The notes beneath the pieces are model-generated. The model saw only the letters and a program-made list of their open reading frames with translations, searched no databases and was not told the origin of the DNA. This document shows, one piece after another, positions 39,067 through 52,377 of a stretch of DNA of 64,000 nt. The position numbers and the translations under genes are program-made. The stretch's first letter is position 1. Each line of letters begins with the position of its first letter. The DNA is from an uncultured Phycisphaerales bacterium. GTDB lineage: Bacteria; Planctomycetota; Phycisphaerae; Phycisphaerales; SM1A02. Location: assembly GCA_938084645.1 (NCBI GenBank), contig CALKEP010000022.1:1-64000 (forward strand), read 5' to 3'.

Positions 39067-39102
39067 GCCGGTCGAGTGCTCTCGCCTTCAGACGAGGTCG
39101 CC

Positions 39103-39714
39103 ATGGATTCCGAAGGTCTCGCGCATTTTCTCAGCCAGAAGATGAGCATGCAGCACGTCTACCAACCGGTTTTGATCCGGGCTCTGCTCGAGGCGGATGG
39201 CGTCGCCTCCGTTCGCGATGTCGCGAGGGCGATCCTGGGTTTGGATGAGAGCCAGCTTCGATACTACGAACGTCGGGTCAAGGACATGCCGACTCGTGTC
39301 CTTCAGCGTCATGGTGTCGTCGAACGCAGCGGTGAGCGGATCGAATTGTGCGTGCAGTCCATCAGTGCTCAAGATCGAGATGCACTGATTTCGATTTGCG
39401 ATGCGAAGATCGAGGAGTACCTCGATGAGAACGGACTTGGAGTCTGGGAAGGTCGGTACCTGTCTGAACCGGTACCGGGCAATCTCAGATTCGAGGTGCT
39501 TCGCCGCGCAGGGAAGAGGTGTGAACTATGTGGAGTCGCGGAAGGGGATTCTCGTTACGAGGATCGGCTTCCGCTGCATGTCGACCACATCGTGCCGCGA
39601 TCGAAAGGTGGTTCCAGCGAGATCGCGAATCTCCAAGTTCTGTGTCGTGCCTGCAACATCGGGAAGGGGAATCGTGACGACACTGATTTTCGTAGGGGCC
39701 CGTCGGATCGATGA
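39103..39714 (+). CDS. HNH endonuclease with N-terminal putative DNA-binding domain
   Basis: GAGG SD; RFEVLRRAGKRCELCG..LHVDHIVPRSKGG..NLQVLCRACNIGK; visibly more A/T-ending codons than flanking genes. Confidence 0.88.
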   Translation: MDSEGLAHFLSQKMSMQHVYQPVLIRALLEADGVASVRDVARAILGLDESQLRYYERRVKDMPTRVLQRHGVVERSGERIELCVQSISAQDRDALISICDAKIEEYLDENGLGVWEGRYLSEPVPGNLRFEVLRRAGKRCELCGVAEGDSRYEDRLPLHVDHIVPRSKGGSSEIANLQVLCRACNIGKGNRDDTDFRRGPSDR

Positions 39715-39747
39715 GAAGTCCGCGACGGCGATTCCGAGCGTCCCGCG

Positions 39748-40038
39748 TCAGTCCGCGGTCGCGCCGCATTCGGGGCAGGGCCCGTCGGTCACGCCGCGAC
39801 GGTCGTAGCCGCAGGCCGGGCACTCCCAGGGGAGGTGCTGGTCGCGTCGGAGCGCCCACCACCACGATGCGACGATGATCCCGAGCAGCGCGGTGTCGAA
39901 GCAGAGGTATCCGATCGTCCAGCCGATCCCGGCGCCCGGCTCCTGCGACGCGAGCAATCCGAAGACTCCGAACCCGAGGCACGGGAGCAGGAGCAGGGTC
40001 GCGAGGGCGGTGGCGAGGATTCGGGCGGTCCGGCTCAA
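39748..40038 (-). CDS. Small membrane protein with C-terminal zinc ribbon
   Basis: Two TM helices then CPACGYDRRG...CPECG; TTG start overlaps the trpS stop. Confidence 0.7.
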   Translation of the reverse strand: MSRTARILATALATLLLLPCLGFGVFGLLASQEPGAGIGWTIGYLCFDTALLGIIVASWWWALRRDQHLPWECPACGYDRRGVTDGPCPECGATAD

Positions 40039-41111
40039 TCGAGTTCCAAGGATCGCTTGAAGAAGCCGAGTCCGCAGGCTTCCTTCGCCATGGCGAGCGT
40101 CTCCTCGGTGAGGGCGTTCGCGCGGGCGGTGCCCGACTTGAGCACGTCGATCACGTAGGCGTCGTCGCCCTCGTACTTCGCTCGCCGTTCCCGCATCGGT
40201 TCGAGCAGTTCGTTGATCGCCGCCCCGAGTTCCTGCTTGATGTGGCCGTCGCCGATGTCCGCACCGCGGGCGTAGAGATCCTTCAGTTCCGCGACGCGGT
40301 CCGCGTCGGGGATGAAGATCTCGCAGTACTGCATGAGGATGTTGTTCGGATCGCCGGGTTCGGTCGCGCTCTGCCGGCCGGTGAAGATCTTGTTGATCTT
40401 CTTCTGCACCTGTTTCGCGGTGTCGGAGATGTAGACCGCGTTGTTGAGCGACTTGCTCATCTTGTTCTCGCCGTCGGTGCCGACCAGTCGGCCGACCTTG
40501 CCGACGTCCGCCCGCGGAATCGGGAAGACACCGCCTTCCGCCACGTGATCGTCGTCCTCGGCCTTGTCGTGGACGCCGCAGTACATCTGGTTGAACCGGC
40601 GGGCGACTTCGCGGGTCAGTTCGAGGTGGGCGACCTGGTCCTCGCCGACCGGCACGCCGACCGGACGGAAGGCGAGAATGTCCGCGGTCTGACCGACCGC
40701 GTACAGGGGGAATCCGAAGCTGTACGTCTCGCCGAGGTTCTTGACCTTGATCTCGTCCTTGAGGGTCGGATTCCGCATCACTCGGTTGTAGGGGAGGAGC
40801 ATCGCGAAGAGGAAGGTCAGTTCCGCGATCGCGGGGACCTCGCTCTGCAGGAAGATCGAGGCGCCCTCGGGGTCGATCCCCATCGCCAGCAGATCGCGGA
40901 CGATCTCAAGGGTGTCCTCCCGGATCGCCTCGGGCTTGTCGGCCCGGGTGGTGAACGCGTGGATGTTGGCGAGGATGAAGAAGCAGTCGTGGGTCCGCTG
41001 CAGTTCGACCCGACGCTTCACCGAACCCACCCAGTGTCCGAGGTGGAGCTTGCCGGTGGGGGTGTCGCCGGTGAGGATCCGGGCACGATCGGTCGGTGGG
41101 GCGTCGGTCAT
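40035..41111 (-). CDS. trpS: Tryptophan--tRNA ligase
   Basis: TGDTPTGKLHLGH (HIGH motif), ADIL, VPVGEDQ..HLE, KMSKS. Confidence 0.96.
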   Translation of the reverse strand: MTDAPPTDRARILTGDTPTGKLHLGHWVGSVKRRVELQRTHDCFFILANIHAFTTRADKPEAIREDTLEIVRDLLAMGIDPEGASIFLQSEVPAIAELTFLFAMLLPYNRVMRNPTLKDEIKVKNLGETYSFGFPLYAVGQTADILAFRPVGVPVGEDQVAHLELTREVARRFNQMYCGVHDKAEDDDHVAEGGVFPIPRADVGKVGRLVGTDGENKMSKSLNNAVYISDTAKQVQKKINKIFTGRQSATEPGDPNNILMQYCEIFIPDADRVAELKDLYARGADIGDGHIKQELGAAINELLEPMRERRAKYEGDDAYVIDVLKSGTARANALTEETLAMAKEACGLGFFKRSLELD

Positions 41112-41157
41112 GGGGGCTCGAGTATAGGGGGCGTGCGATCGGTCCTCGATCCCGCGA

Positions 41158-42135
41158 TCAGGTGAAGGCGACGGCGAGGCCGAGATTGAAGGCGTTGAAC
41201 AGTCCGTGGGCGATCATGCACGGCGCGGTCCGACCGGTTCGTTCCCGGATCGCCCCGAGTGCGATCGAGAGGAGGAACAGCGCCGTCATCGCGGAGACCG
41301 CGCTTTCCGCCGGGAGGATCGGGTAGTGCATCAGGGTGAAGACGACGCTGGTCATGAGGATGGCGGGGGTGACGGCCACCCCCACGATGCGGAAGCCCTG
41401 CTGCAGGAAGCCGCGGTAGAGGAGTTCCTCGATCACCGGAGCGCCGAGGACCGCATTGGCGGCGATCAACCACCACCAGCCGTCGCGGTCGCCCTGGACG
41501 AGGACTTCGAGGATCTCGTGGGCCACGAGTTCCGGCGTCGTCTCGGAGAACAACTGCTGCAGGTACTGGCCGACGATCGCCCCGGTCTGGACGAGGGGGA
41601 GGGCCACCAGCAGTCCGATGACCCCGATCACGATGCTCTTCCCGACGGTGGTGGGGGGCGTGGCATCCGGCTGGGTCGGTGTCCGTCGCCAGATCGGAAT
41701 CGCGAGGGCGCAGAGAAGGAGGCTGCCAAGAGTGGCGACCCAGCCGGCGACCGCGATCCCTCGGAGTGGTGATTCGTCCGCGCCGAGCCACGCCGCCGGT
41801 GTCAGCCCCACCGCGATGCCGCCGCCGATCAGTCCCACCGCGAAGAACGCCAGGCTCGGCCCCGCGGCGAGCCGCCAGGGCGTGCCGCGGATCGGATCGG
41901 ATGCTCGTCCGCGGATTCGTCGCCACCAGACGAGCAGGGCGATCGAGACCGGGGCGAGGAGGAGGGAGGTGAGCGACAGCCAGTCCTCGCCGCCGAAAGC
42001 CGGCGTGGTTTCGGCGGCCGGTGCCGTTTCGGTCGACGCTGCGAGTAGAATGTCCGCCGAACCGGGGACGGTCAGGCACGCCATCGCGAGCCCCGCCGCC
42101 GCCGGGATGCGGCGACGGACGCCGCGGCCTCCCAT
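41158..42135 (-). CDS. CPBP family intramembrane metalloprotease (CAAX protease-like); start uncertain
   Basis: APVIEELLYRGFL, FTLMH and AHGLFN motifs; multiple TM segments. Confidence 0.85.
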   Translation of the reverse strand: MGGRGVRRRIPAAAGLAMACLTVPGSADILLAASTETAPAAETTPAFGGEDWLSLTSLLLAPVSIALLVWWRRIRGRASDPIRGTPWRLAAGPSLAFFAVGLIGGGIAVGLTPAAWLGADESPLRGIAVAGWVATLGSLLLCALAIPIWRRTPTQPDATPPTTVGKSIVIGVIGLLVALPLVQTGAIVGQYLQQLFSETTPELVAHEILEVLVQGDRDGWWWLIAANAVLGAPVIEELLYRGFLQQGFRIVGVAVTPAILMTSVVFTLMHYPILPAESAVSAMTALFLLSIALGAIRERTGRTAPCMIAHGLFNAFNLGLAVAFT

Positions 42136-42160
42136 GCACTCGCGGGTCGACGATTCTCCG

Positions 42161-42991
42161 ATGGACAACGTGCTCGAAGAAATCGTCGCTCGAAAGCGGA
42201 TCGAGGTCGAGAAGGCCCGTTCTCTCACGCCGATCGAGTCCATCAAGGACCGGATCGAGGAGATCGGCCGTCCGCGGAACTTCTTCCGGGCGGTGGTCGC
42301 GGATCGAAGGCCGCGGAATTTCCGCGTGATCGCCGAGGTCAAGCGGAAGAGTCCCTCGGCCGGCGTCATTCGCGAGGATTTCGATCCGGCGGACATCGCT
42401 TCACGCTACCACTCGGGCGGTGCGGCCGCGATCTCCTGTCTCACCGACGCGCACTACTTCGGGGGCGACCTCGGGTACATCCTCCGGATCAAGGATCGAG
42501 TTCCACTGCCGGTTCTGCGCAAGGACTTCATCGTCGACGAGTATCAGGTCTGGGAGTCTCGAGCCGCCGGCGCGGACGCGATCCTGCTCATCGCGGAGGT
42601 TCTCAGCGAGGGGCAGATCATCGACTATCAGATCCTCGCGACCGAACTGGGGATGACCTCGCTCGTGGAGGTGCACTCGATCGACAACCTCTATCGCGTG
42701 TTGAACCACGTGGGCTTTCCGCACGCGGGCTACTCCCTGCTGGGCGTGAACAACCGCGACCTGTCCACCATGACCACGGATCTCGCGCACACCTTCCGGG
42801 TGCTCGATCTCGTGGAGGATCCTCGGGTGCTGGTGAGCGAGTCCGGGATCCGGACCGTCGACGATCTCCGTCGCCTTCGCGAGCATGGAATCAACATCGC
42901 CCTGGTCGGGGAGCATCTGATGCGTGAGCCCGATCCCGGTGCCGCCCTCGCCGAACTGCTCGCCGACATCGATTCCTCGCCGCGGGACTGA
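42161..42991 (+). CDS. trpC: Indole-3-glycerol phosphate synthase
   Basis: IAEVKRKSPSAG, ISCLTD, PVLRKDFI, LVEVH, GVNNRDL, VSESGI. Confidence 0.96.
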   Translation: MDNVLEEIVARKRIEVEKARSLTPIESIKDRIEEIGRPRNFFRAVVADRRPRNFRVIAEVKRKSPSAGVIREDFDPADIASRYHSGGAAAISCLTDAHYFGGDLGYILRIKDRVPLPVLRKDFIVDEYQVWESRAAGADAILLIAEVLSEGQIIDYQILATELGMTSLVEVHSIDNLYRVLNHVGFPHAGYSLLGVNNRDLSTMTTDLAHTFRVLDLVEDPRVLVSESGIRTVDDLRRLREHGINIALVGEHLMREPDPGAALAELLADIDSSPRD

Positions 42992-43029
42992 GCCCGCCAC
43001 TTCGATCCTCTCGTCTCGAGATCCACTCC

Positions 43030-44586
43030 ATGTCCGACGTCACCACCTCGAATCACGCCGTCGACCCCTGCACCCTCGTCATCTTCGGGGCCTCGGGCGA
43101 TCTCACCGCCCGAAAGCTGATTCCGGCGATGTACGAGATGACGCGGATGGGGCTGCTGCCCGAGCGAACCCGCATCCTGGGCGTCGCCCGCCGGGAAAAG
43201 TCCGATGACGCGTGGCGCGAGGAGCTCGAGCCGTGGGTTCGGAAGCACGATCCCGACTTCGACGAAGCGGCCTGGCGCGATCTCGCCGCCCGGATCCACT
43301 ACCTGCCCGCGGACGCCACGACCTCCGACGGCATGGCGGCGGTCGGCAAGCGGGTCGCGGAGCTCGACGCGGCCGGCGGCAACGGTGGCAACGTCCTGTT
43401 CTTCCTCAGCGTGGCGAGCTCGCTCTACGAGCCCATCGTCGAGAAGATCGACGAAGCCGGTCTGGTCGTCGAGGGCAAGCGGTGGTGCAGCATCGATCCC
43501 GACGCCGCCAACTGGCAGCGGATCATCATCGAGAAGCCGTTTGGAAACGACGACACCTCGGCGAAGAGCCTCAACCGGACCCTCGGACGTGCGTTCGAGG
43601 AGGAGTCGATCTATCGCATCGACCACTACCTCGCGAAGGAGATCGTGCAGAGTCTGCTGGTCTTCCGGTTCGCGAACATCCTCTGGGAGCCGGTCTGGAA
43701 CCAGCAGTACATCGACCACGTCCAGATCACCGCGGCCGAAACCGTCGGTGTGGGACAGCGGACCGCGTTCTACGACCAGACCGGGGCGATCCGCGACATG
43801 ATCCAGTCGCATCTCTTCCAGATCCTCGCCTTCGTCGCCATGGAACCGCCCACCGACTACACCCCGGAGCACATCCGGAGCGAGAAGGTCAAGGTCATCG
43901 ACGCCCTGGTGCCCACCCCGCTCGACCGGGTCGCCGATTACTGCGCGCTCGGTCAGTACGCGTCCGACGGCGGCGACGACCCGGGCTTCGCGGCCAGCGA
44001 GGGCGTCGCCTCCGGGAGCACCACCGAGACCTTCGCGGCGCTGGAACTGCAGTTCCAGAACTGGCGTTGGGCCGGGACGCCGTTCTACCTTCGCAGCGGA
44101 AAGCGGATGGCCGAGAAGCGGACCGAGGTCGTCGTGCAGTTCAAGCCTCCGGCGGCCAATCTCTTCCGGAAGCTCCCCGACTTCGCCGGTGGTGATCGGC
44201 TGGTGCCCGACCGGCTGGTGTTCACGGTCGCGCCGACCGAACGGCTCAGTCTCCGCTTCGAGACCAAGCGTCCGGGACTGGGCATCCACATCGATCCGCT
44301 GGAGATGATGGCGGACGTCGGCGCCACGTTCGACGCGCCGTCGCTCGAGGCCTACGGCCCGCTCATGATCGACGCGATGAAGGGCGATCAGACGCTGTTC
44401 AAGAGCCGGACCGAGGTCGAGAGCGCCTGGGACGCGGTGATGCCGTTCCTCGATGCTTCGAGTGCGGACGCCCGGAAGGGCATTCGTGACAACTACCAGC
44501 CGGGTTCGTGGGGCCCCGATTCGGCGCGGGAACTGCTCGCTCGCAAGGGTCGCCGCTGGCGCGAGGACGATACGAGCGAGGGATGA
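43030..44586 (+). CDS. zwf: Glucose-6-phosphate 1-dehydrogenase
   Basis: IFGASGDL, IEKPFG, YRIDHYLAKE, RDMIQSHL, RWAGTPFYLRSGK. Confidence 0.97.
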   Translation: MSDVTTSNHAVDPCTLVIFGASGDLTARKLIPAMYEMTRMGLLPERTRILGVARREKSDDAWREELEPWVRKHDPDFDEAAWRDLAARIHYLPADATTSDGMAAVGKRVAELDAAGGNGGNVLFFLSVASSLYEPIVEKIDEAGLVVEGKRWCSIDPDAANWQRIIIEKPFGNDDTSAKSLNRTLGRAFEEESIYRIDHYLAKEIVQSLLVFRFANILWEPVWNQQYIDHVQITAAETVGVGQRTAFYDQTGAIRDMIQSHLFQILAFVAMEPPTDYTPEHIRSEKVKVIDALVPTPLDRVADYCALGQYASDGGDDPGFAASEGVASGSTTETFAALELQFQNWRWAGTPFYLRSGKRMAEKRTEVVVQFKPPAANLFRKLPDFAGGDRLVPDRLVFTVAPTERLSLRFETKRPGLGIHIDPLEMMADVGATFDAPSLEAYGPLMIDAMKGDQTLFKSRTEVESAWDAVMPFLDASSADARKGIRDNYQPGSWGPDSARELLARKGRRWREDDTSEG

Positions 44587-44684
44587 TGCCGGCGCGGCGC
44601 CGGTGTTCGAAGGTCATTGATGGCATGAGCCGGCCCTCGAAGGTCGGATGTCGCGAGGCGACAGGAAATGAAGGGAAGGAAGGC

Positions 44685-45473
44685 ATGAGCGACACCTACG
44701 AGATCGAGGACGACGGATTCCAGGTTCCGTCCCTGCCCGGGGGGGTCAACGTGGCCGCGGACGAGGAGGACGCGCAGGAGCGGCTCGGGCGCGACCTGCT
44801 CGCGGTGGCGAAGCAGGCGGTTCGCGAGCGGGGAATCTTCCATCTGGCGCTGTCCGGCGGCGGCACCCCGATGCCGCTCTATCGAAGGCTCATGATCGAT
44901 CCGTTGTTCCGGGAGATGCCGTGGAGCAACACCCATCTCTGGATCGTCGACGAGCGACGCGCACCCTTCGACAGCGACACCAACAACTTCAAGCACATCC
45001 ATGAACTGATCATCGAGCACTGCGACATCCCCGGTGCGAACGTGCACCCGATGCCGGTCGAGGACGACGATGCCGCCGATCTCTACGAAGCGGAGCTTCG
45101 GGAATGCCTGATGCTCGGGGGTGGTCCCGACGAGCGGGATCGGGGTCGACTCGACTTCGTGCTGCTCGGGATGGGCCCGGACGGGCACACCGCGAGCCTG
45201 TTTCCCCACAGCCCCGCACTGCTGGTCGAGGATCGATGGGTGGTCGACAACGACGCGCCGAGCGTGGTGCCTCCGCCTCGGGTCACCATGACGTATCCGC
45301 TGCTCAACGATGCGCGTTCGATCGCGTTCTACGTGCTTGGTGCGAAGAAGGCGGAGATGATCGCTCGGATCTCCAGCGGCGAGGACGGCTTCGAGACCCT
45401 GCCCTGCAAGGGGATCCGTCCGCTGCGTGGTGAGATGATCTGGTACGTGGACCGGGCCGCCTGCGGCGGTTGA
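44685..45473 (+). CDS. pgl: 6-phosphogluconolactonase
   Basis: LALSGGGTP, VDER, LLGMGPDGHTASLFP, RVTMT. Confidence 0.94.
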   Translation: MSDTYEIEDDGFQVPSLPGGVNVAADEEDAQERLGRDLLAVAKQAVRERGIFHLALSGGGTPMPLYRRLMIDPLFREMPWSNTHLWIVDERRAPFDSDTNNFKHIHELIIEHCDIPGANVHPMPVEDDDAADLYEAELRECLMLGGGPDERDRGRLDFVLLGMGPDGHTASLFPHSPALLVEDRWVVDNDAPSVVPPPRVTMTYPLLNDARSIAFYVLGAKKAEMIARISSGEDGFETLPCKGIRPLRGEMIWYVDRAACGG

Positions 45474-45479
45474 AGCGAC

Positions 45480-45884
45480 TCAGCGACGGAGCCAGTCCTC
45501 GAGGATGTTCGCGGCCGCGATGGCGTCCTGGATCTTCTTCTTGCCCTTGTGGGTGAGGCCCGATCCCTTCAACGCCTCGTCGGCCTCGAAACTCGAGAGT
45601 CGCTCGTCGTGATACTCGACCTGGAGCCCGGTCCGTTCGGCCACGCGGGCGCCGAATGCCCGGGCGGCGAGGGCCCGGGGTCCTTCGGTGTCGTCCATGT
45701 TGATGGGAAGCCCGATCAGGACGAGGTCCGGGCCGAACGCCTCGGTCGCCGAGACGATCTTCTCGAATCGGCGTTCCGGATCGCGTTCCACGATCACGTC
45801 GAGCGGTTGCACGGTGCCCGTGAGGTCTTCGCCCGCCGCGAGGCCGGTCCGAACGTCTCCGAGATCGACGGCGAGGATCCGCAT
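45480..45884 (-). CDS. ruvX: YqgF/RuvX pre-16S rRNA nuclease
   Basis: ILAVDLG..RTGLA, IGLP, DERLSS, DAIAA..IL. Confidence 0.92.
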   Translation of the reverse strand: MRILAVDLGDVRTGLAAGEDLTGTVQPLDVIVERDPERRFEKIVSATEAFGPDLVLIGLPINMDDTEGPRALAARAFGARVAERTGLQVEYHDERLSSFEADEALKGSGLTHKGKKKIQDAIAAANILEDWLRR

Positions 45885-45888
45885 GGCT

Positions 45889-46974
45889 TCAGCGAAGGTC
45901 CTCGGGCACCCGGCCGGCCAGGTCCTTGACCTTCTGGGCGTCCTCGGCCCGGCACACCAGCGTCGCCTTCGCGGTGTGGATCACCACGAGATCCTCGCAT
46001 CCGATGGTGCAGATCACGTGGTCAGGCTCCTCGCTGAAGACGAGCAGGTCCTTCGAGTCGATCCCCACGTGGGTGGTCGACGTCGCCACGCGGTTGCCCG
46101 CGGCATCGGGGGCGATCGTCTCGCCGAGACTGGGCCAGCTCCCGACGTCGATCCACGACACGTCCATCGGCACCGTGCAGATCGAGAGCGACGGGTCGAC
46201 CCCCGCCGGTTCCATGAGTCCGTAGTCGACGCTGATCTTCTTCAGGTCGGGGTAGATCGCGCGGAGGGTCGCGTCGCGTCGGTCGTCGTCCCAGTGCGCC
46301 GCGATCCGATCGAGCCCGTCGCGGGTGGCCGGTTCGTATCGGGCGATCGCGTCCAGGACCGTGCCGGCGTGGAACACGAACATCCCGCTGTTCCACGCGA
46401 ACCGGCCGGTCTCGAGATACGCCTCCGCGGTCTCCCGGTCGGGCTTCTCGACGAAACGTGCGGCCTGAAAGCAGCCGGGAGCGCCTTCGATCGCGTCGCC
46501 CTGTTCGACGTAGCCGTATTCGCTGGCGGGTCGGGTCGGAGTGATCGCGAACGTCACGAAGCGACTTGGATCCGCTTCCACGAGTCTGAAGCCCGCATCG
46601 AGCCGTTCCGCGAAGACCGCCTGCGGCTCGATCACGTGGTCCGCGGTCAGCACCGCGAAGATCGCGTCGGGATCCCGTCGGGCGAGCACCGCGGCGGTCA
46701 GGCCGACCGCGTTCAGGGTGTCGCGTCCGCAGGGTTCGCCGAGGATGTGTTCGTCGTCGATTCCGGGGACCGAGGATCGGACCTGCGCCCGGAATCGTTC
46801 GCCGGTGCACACCCAGCGGTGATCCGCGTCGACCACGCCGGCGAGGCGGTCGCTCGCGACCTCGAGCAGACACCGGCCATCGATCAACGGGACCAGCTGC
46901 TTGGGTCGGTCGTTTCGGCTGATCGGCCAGAGTCGGGTGCCGGAGCCGCCGGCCATGATCATCGCGTGTCGCAT
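45889..46974 (-). CDS. manC: Mannose-1-phosphate guanylyltransferase
   Basis: IMAGGSGTRLWPISR..PKQ, EP.GRDT, ADH.I, FVEKPD, WNSGMF, ISVDYGLME, W.DVGSW. Confidence 0.9.
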   Translation of the reverse strand: MRHAMIMAGGSGTRLWPISRNDRPKQLVPLIDGRCLLEVASDRLAGVVDADHRWVCTGERFRAQVRSSVPGIDDEHILGEPCGRDTLNAVGLTAAVLARRDPDAIFAVLTADHVIEPQAVFAERLDAGFRLVEADPSRFVTFAITPTRPASEYGYVEQGDAIEGAPGCFQAARFVEKPDRETAEAYLETGRFAWNSGMFVFHAGTVLDAIARYEPATRDGLDRIAAHWDDDRRDATLRAIYPDLKKISVDYGLMEPAGVDPSLSICTVPMDVSWIDVGSWPSLGETIAPDAAGNRVATSTTHVGIDSKDLLVFSEEPDHVICTIGCEDLVVIHTAKATLVCRAEDAQKVKDLAGRVPEDLR

Positions 46975-47023
46975 GTTTGGATTCGCTTCGAGAGTTCGTG
47001 GCGTTTCGGTTCGAACGACGCGA

Positions 47024-47665
47024 TCAGGTCACGGTGTCCTTCAGGCGGAGGGCCGCGGCGACGAGCGCGTCGGCGTCGGTGATGGTGGGATCGGCCCGAC
47101 GAACCCGGTCGACGAGTTCGACGGCGATGGTTCGAGCCTCGCCGAGCTGGACGAGGACCGTGATCGCGTCCCGGGCGCCGTCGGGGACCGCGGAGCCCTC
47201 GAGTTCGGTGTGGGCTCCGTCGCCGCCGCAGAGGACGGCGAAGTCCTGTTCGACCTTTTCGGCGAGGTCGAGCACGATGGTCTCGGCGGTTCGCTTGCCG
47301 ATCTCGGGAAGGGCGCGGAGGGTGTCGGCGTCGCGTTCGGCGATGGCCCGGGCGACGGTCGACATCGGCATCGCGAGGGCTCGGAGCGCCTTGCGGTAGC
47401 CGATCCCCTTGACCGACGTGAAGAGTTCGAAGAACGATCGCTCGACGTCGTTCGCGAATCCGATGAGGCGCGGACGGAAGACGGCGCCGTTCGACTGGCT
47501 CTCGAGGTAGTGGAGCACGGTGAGGTCCACCGGCTGGCCGATGGCGAGCCGGAGCCGGCCCACGTCCCCCGCGGGGAGCATGACGTCGTAGCCGATCGGT
47601 CCGACCTGGATCGTCGCGACCTGCTCGTTCACTTCCCGGAGTTCGCCGTGGAGGCTGGAGATCAT
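47024..47665 (-). CDS. ruvA: Holliday junction branch migration protein RuvA
   Basis: MISSLHG, IGYDV, LIGF...ER.FF.L..VKGIG...AL, LPEIGKRTAE. Confidence 0.92.
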   Translation of the reverse strand: MISSLHGELREVNEQVATIQVGPIGYDVMLPAGDVGRLRLAIGQPVDLTVLHYLESQSNGAVFRPRLIGFANDVERSFFELFTSVKGIGYRKALRALAMPMSTVARAIAERDADTLRALPEIGKRTAETIVLDLAEKVEQDFAVLCGGDGAHTELEGSAVPDGARDAITVLVQLGEARTIAVELVDRVRRADPTITDADALVAAALRLKDTVT

Positions 47666-47695
47666 GCCCGGACTGTAGCAGGCCCTCGTCGCCGA

Positions 47696-48490
47696 TCAGT
47701 CCGCCTCGTCCTCGGTCGCGGCTGCGGTTTCGAGCATCGACTCGTCGTTCCGCGGCCAGTCGCTTCGGCGGGCGATCGCGTCCCGAAGCATCTCCGAGGC
47801 GACTGCAGGATCCTTCTCCCGGGAGAGATCCAGCACCTCCACGAACTCGACCACGGCTCGACTGCGTCGGGCGAGTGACCCCCATGCGGTCTCGGCGTAC
47901 GGCGTGTCGTGGATCCAGAGGACCAGGACTGGCGCGCGGGTGAGTCGGGCCAGCAGGCCGACCCCGGGCTGGAACGGCCGGAGTTCGCCCGGCGGGCGGA
48001 CGATCGCACCCTCCGGGAAGAGGCCGATGATCCCGCCCCCCTTGACGTGCCGGACCGCCTGTCGGAGGGTCGTGGAGTCCTCGTGCCCGTGGCGGACCGG
48101 GAGCACCTGGCCCGCCTTCCAGGCGAAGTCGAGGGCGGGGGCCATCATGTCGGCCCACATCATCCAGCGGATCAGTCTTCTGATCCCGGTCTGCACGAGC
48201 ATGGGATCCATGCCCGCGGTGTGGTTCGCGACCACGATTCCGCCACCTGCGCCGCCCCGGCGAAACGTCTCGGGAAGCCGGTCGAATCCTTCGAATCGCA
48301 CTCGGTGGACCCAGCGGCAGTAGCAGCACGACATGAGGTCGATCATCCCGACCAGCGGGCCGTCGCCGATCCGGGCGTCGAGGGCCGCTCGCACCCGCCG
48401 GGTCGTCCTCGGAACGAGCCACATCCAGAGCGTGGTCCAGGCCGTGATCCCGGCGGCGATCCAGATGATGATGGCGGGAGAACTCACCAC
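47696..48490 (-). CDS. Lysophospholipid / 1-acyl-sn-glycerol-3-phosphate acyltransferase family protein
   Basis: GGAGG SD before GTG; VANHTAGMD (HX4D) and LFPEG motifs. Confidence 0.85.
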   Translation of the reverse strand: MVSSPAIIIWIAAGITAWTTLWMWLVPRTTRRVRAALDARIGDGPLVGMIDLMSCCYCRWVHRVRFEGFDRLPETFRRGGAGGGIVVANHTAGMDPMLVQTGIRRLIRWMMWADMMAPALDFAWKAGQVLPVRHGHEDSTTLRQAVRHVKGGGIIGLFPEGAIVRPPGELRPFQPGVGLLARLTRAPVLVLWIHDTPYAETAWGSLARRSRAVVEFVEVLDLSREKDPAVASEMLRDAIARRSDWPRNDESMLETAAATEDEAD

Positions 48491-48702
48491 CCAAGCCTCC
48501 TTGCCGTGCCCGCCGGCGTCAAGCGGCCGGTGGATGAACGGTCGTTCCGGTTCTCCAATCGGACGCGCTGCGGTATGCTGTCGGAGATTTGCGCGGATCG
48601 GGTTCCGACGGGACTCGGGCGGGTGGATCAAGAAGTCGGACGAGACGGCTCCGGACGCGGCGTCCGGCTCCGCCCTCGAACCGTGGGAGACGCTTGCCCC
48701 CT

Positions 48703-52197
<3,495 letters not shown>

Positions 52198-52377
52198 ACG
52201 AGCAGGATCTCCGTCCGATCCGCCTCCAGCCCCGATCGGTTTTCCGCAGGGAGCGAAGAAACGTCGTCCCGTCGGTCGATTGATGGGGGGCGGCCATGAT
52301 CCGGCTCGCTAGACTGTGTCACCCACGACCGCGCCCCAGGGGCGACGGCACGTCGATTCCAGAAACTCGGGTCCAGC

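Noticed and set aside
41456..42160. N-terminal extensions of trpC (511-aa ORF) and of the CPBP protease (412-aa ORF)
   Set aside because: Each extension is the antisense of the divergent neighbour; family homology starts at 42161 and about 42135
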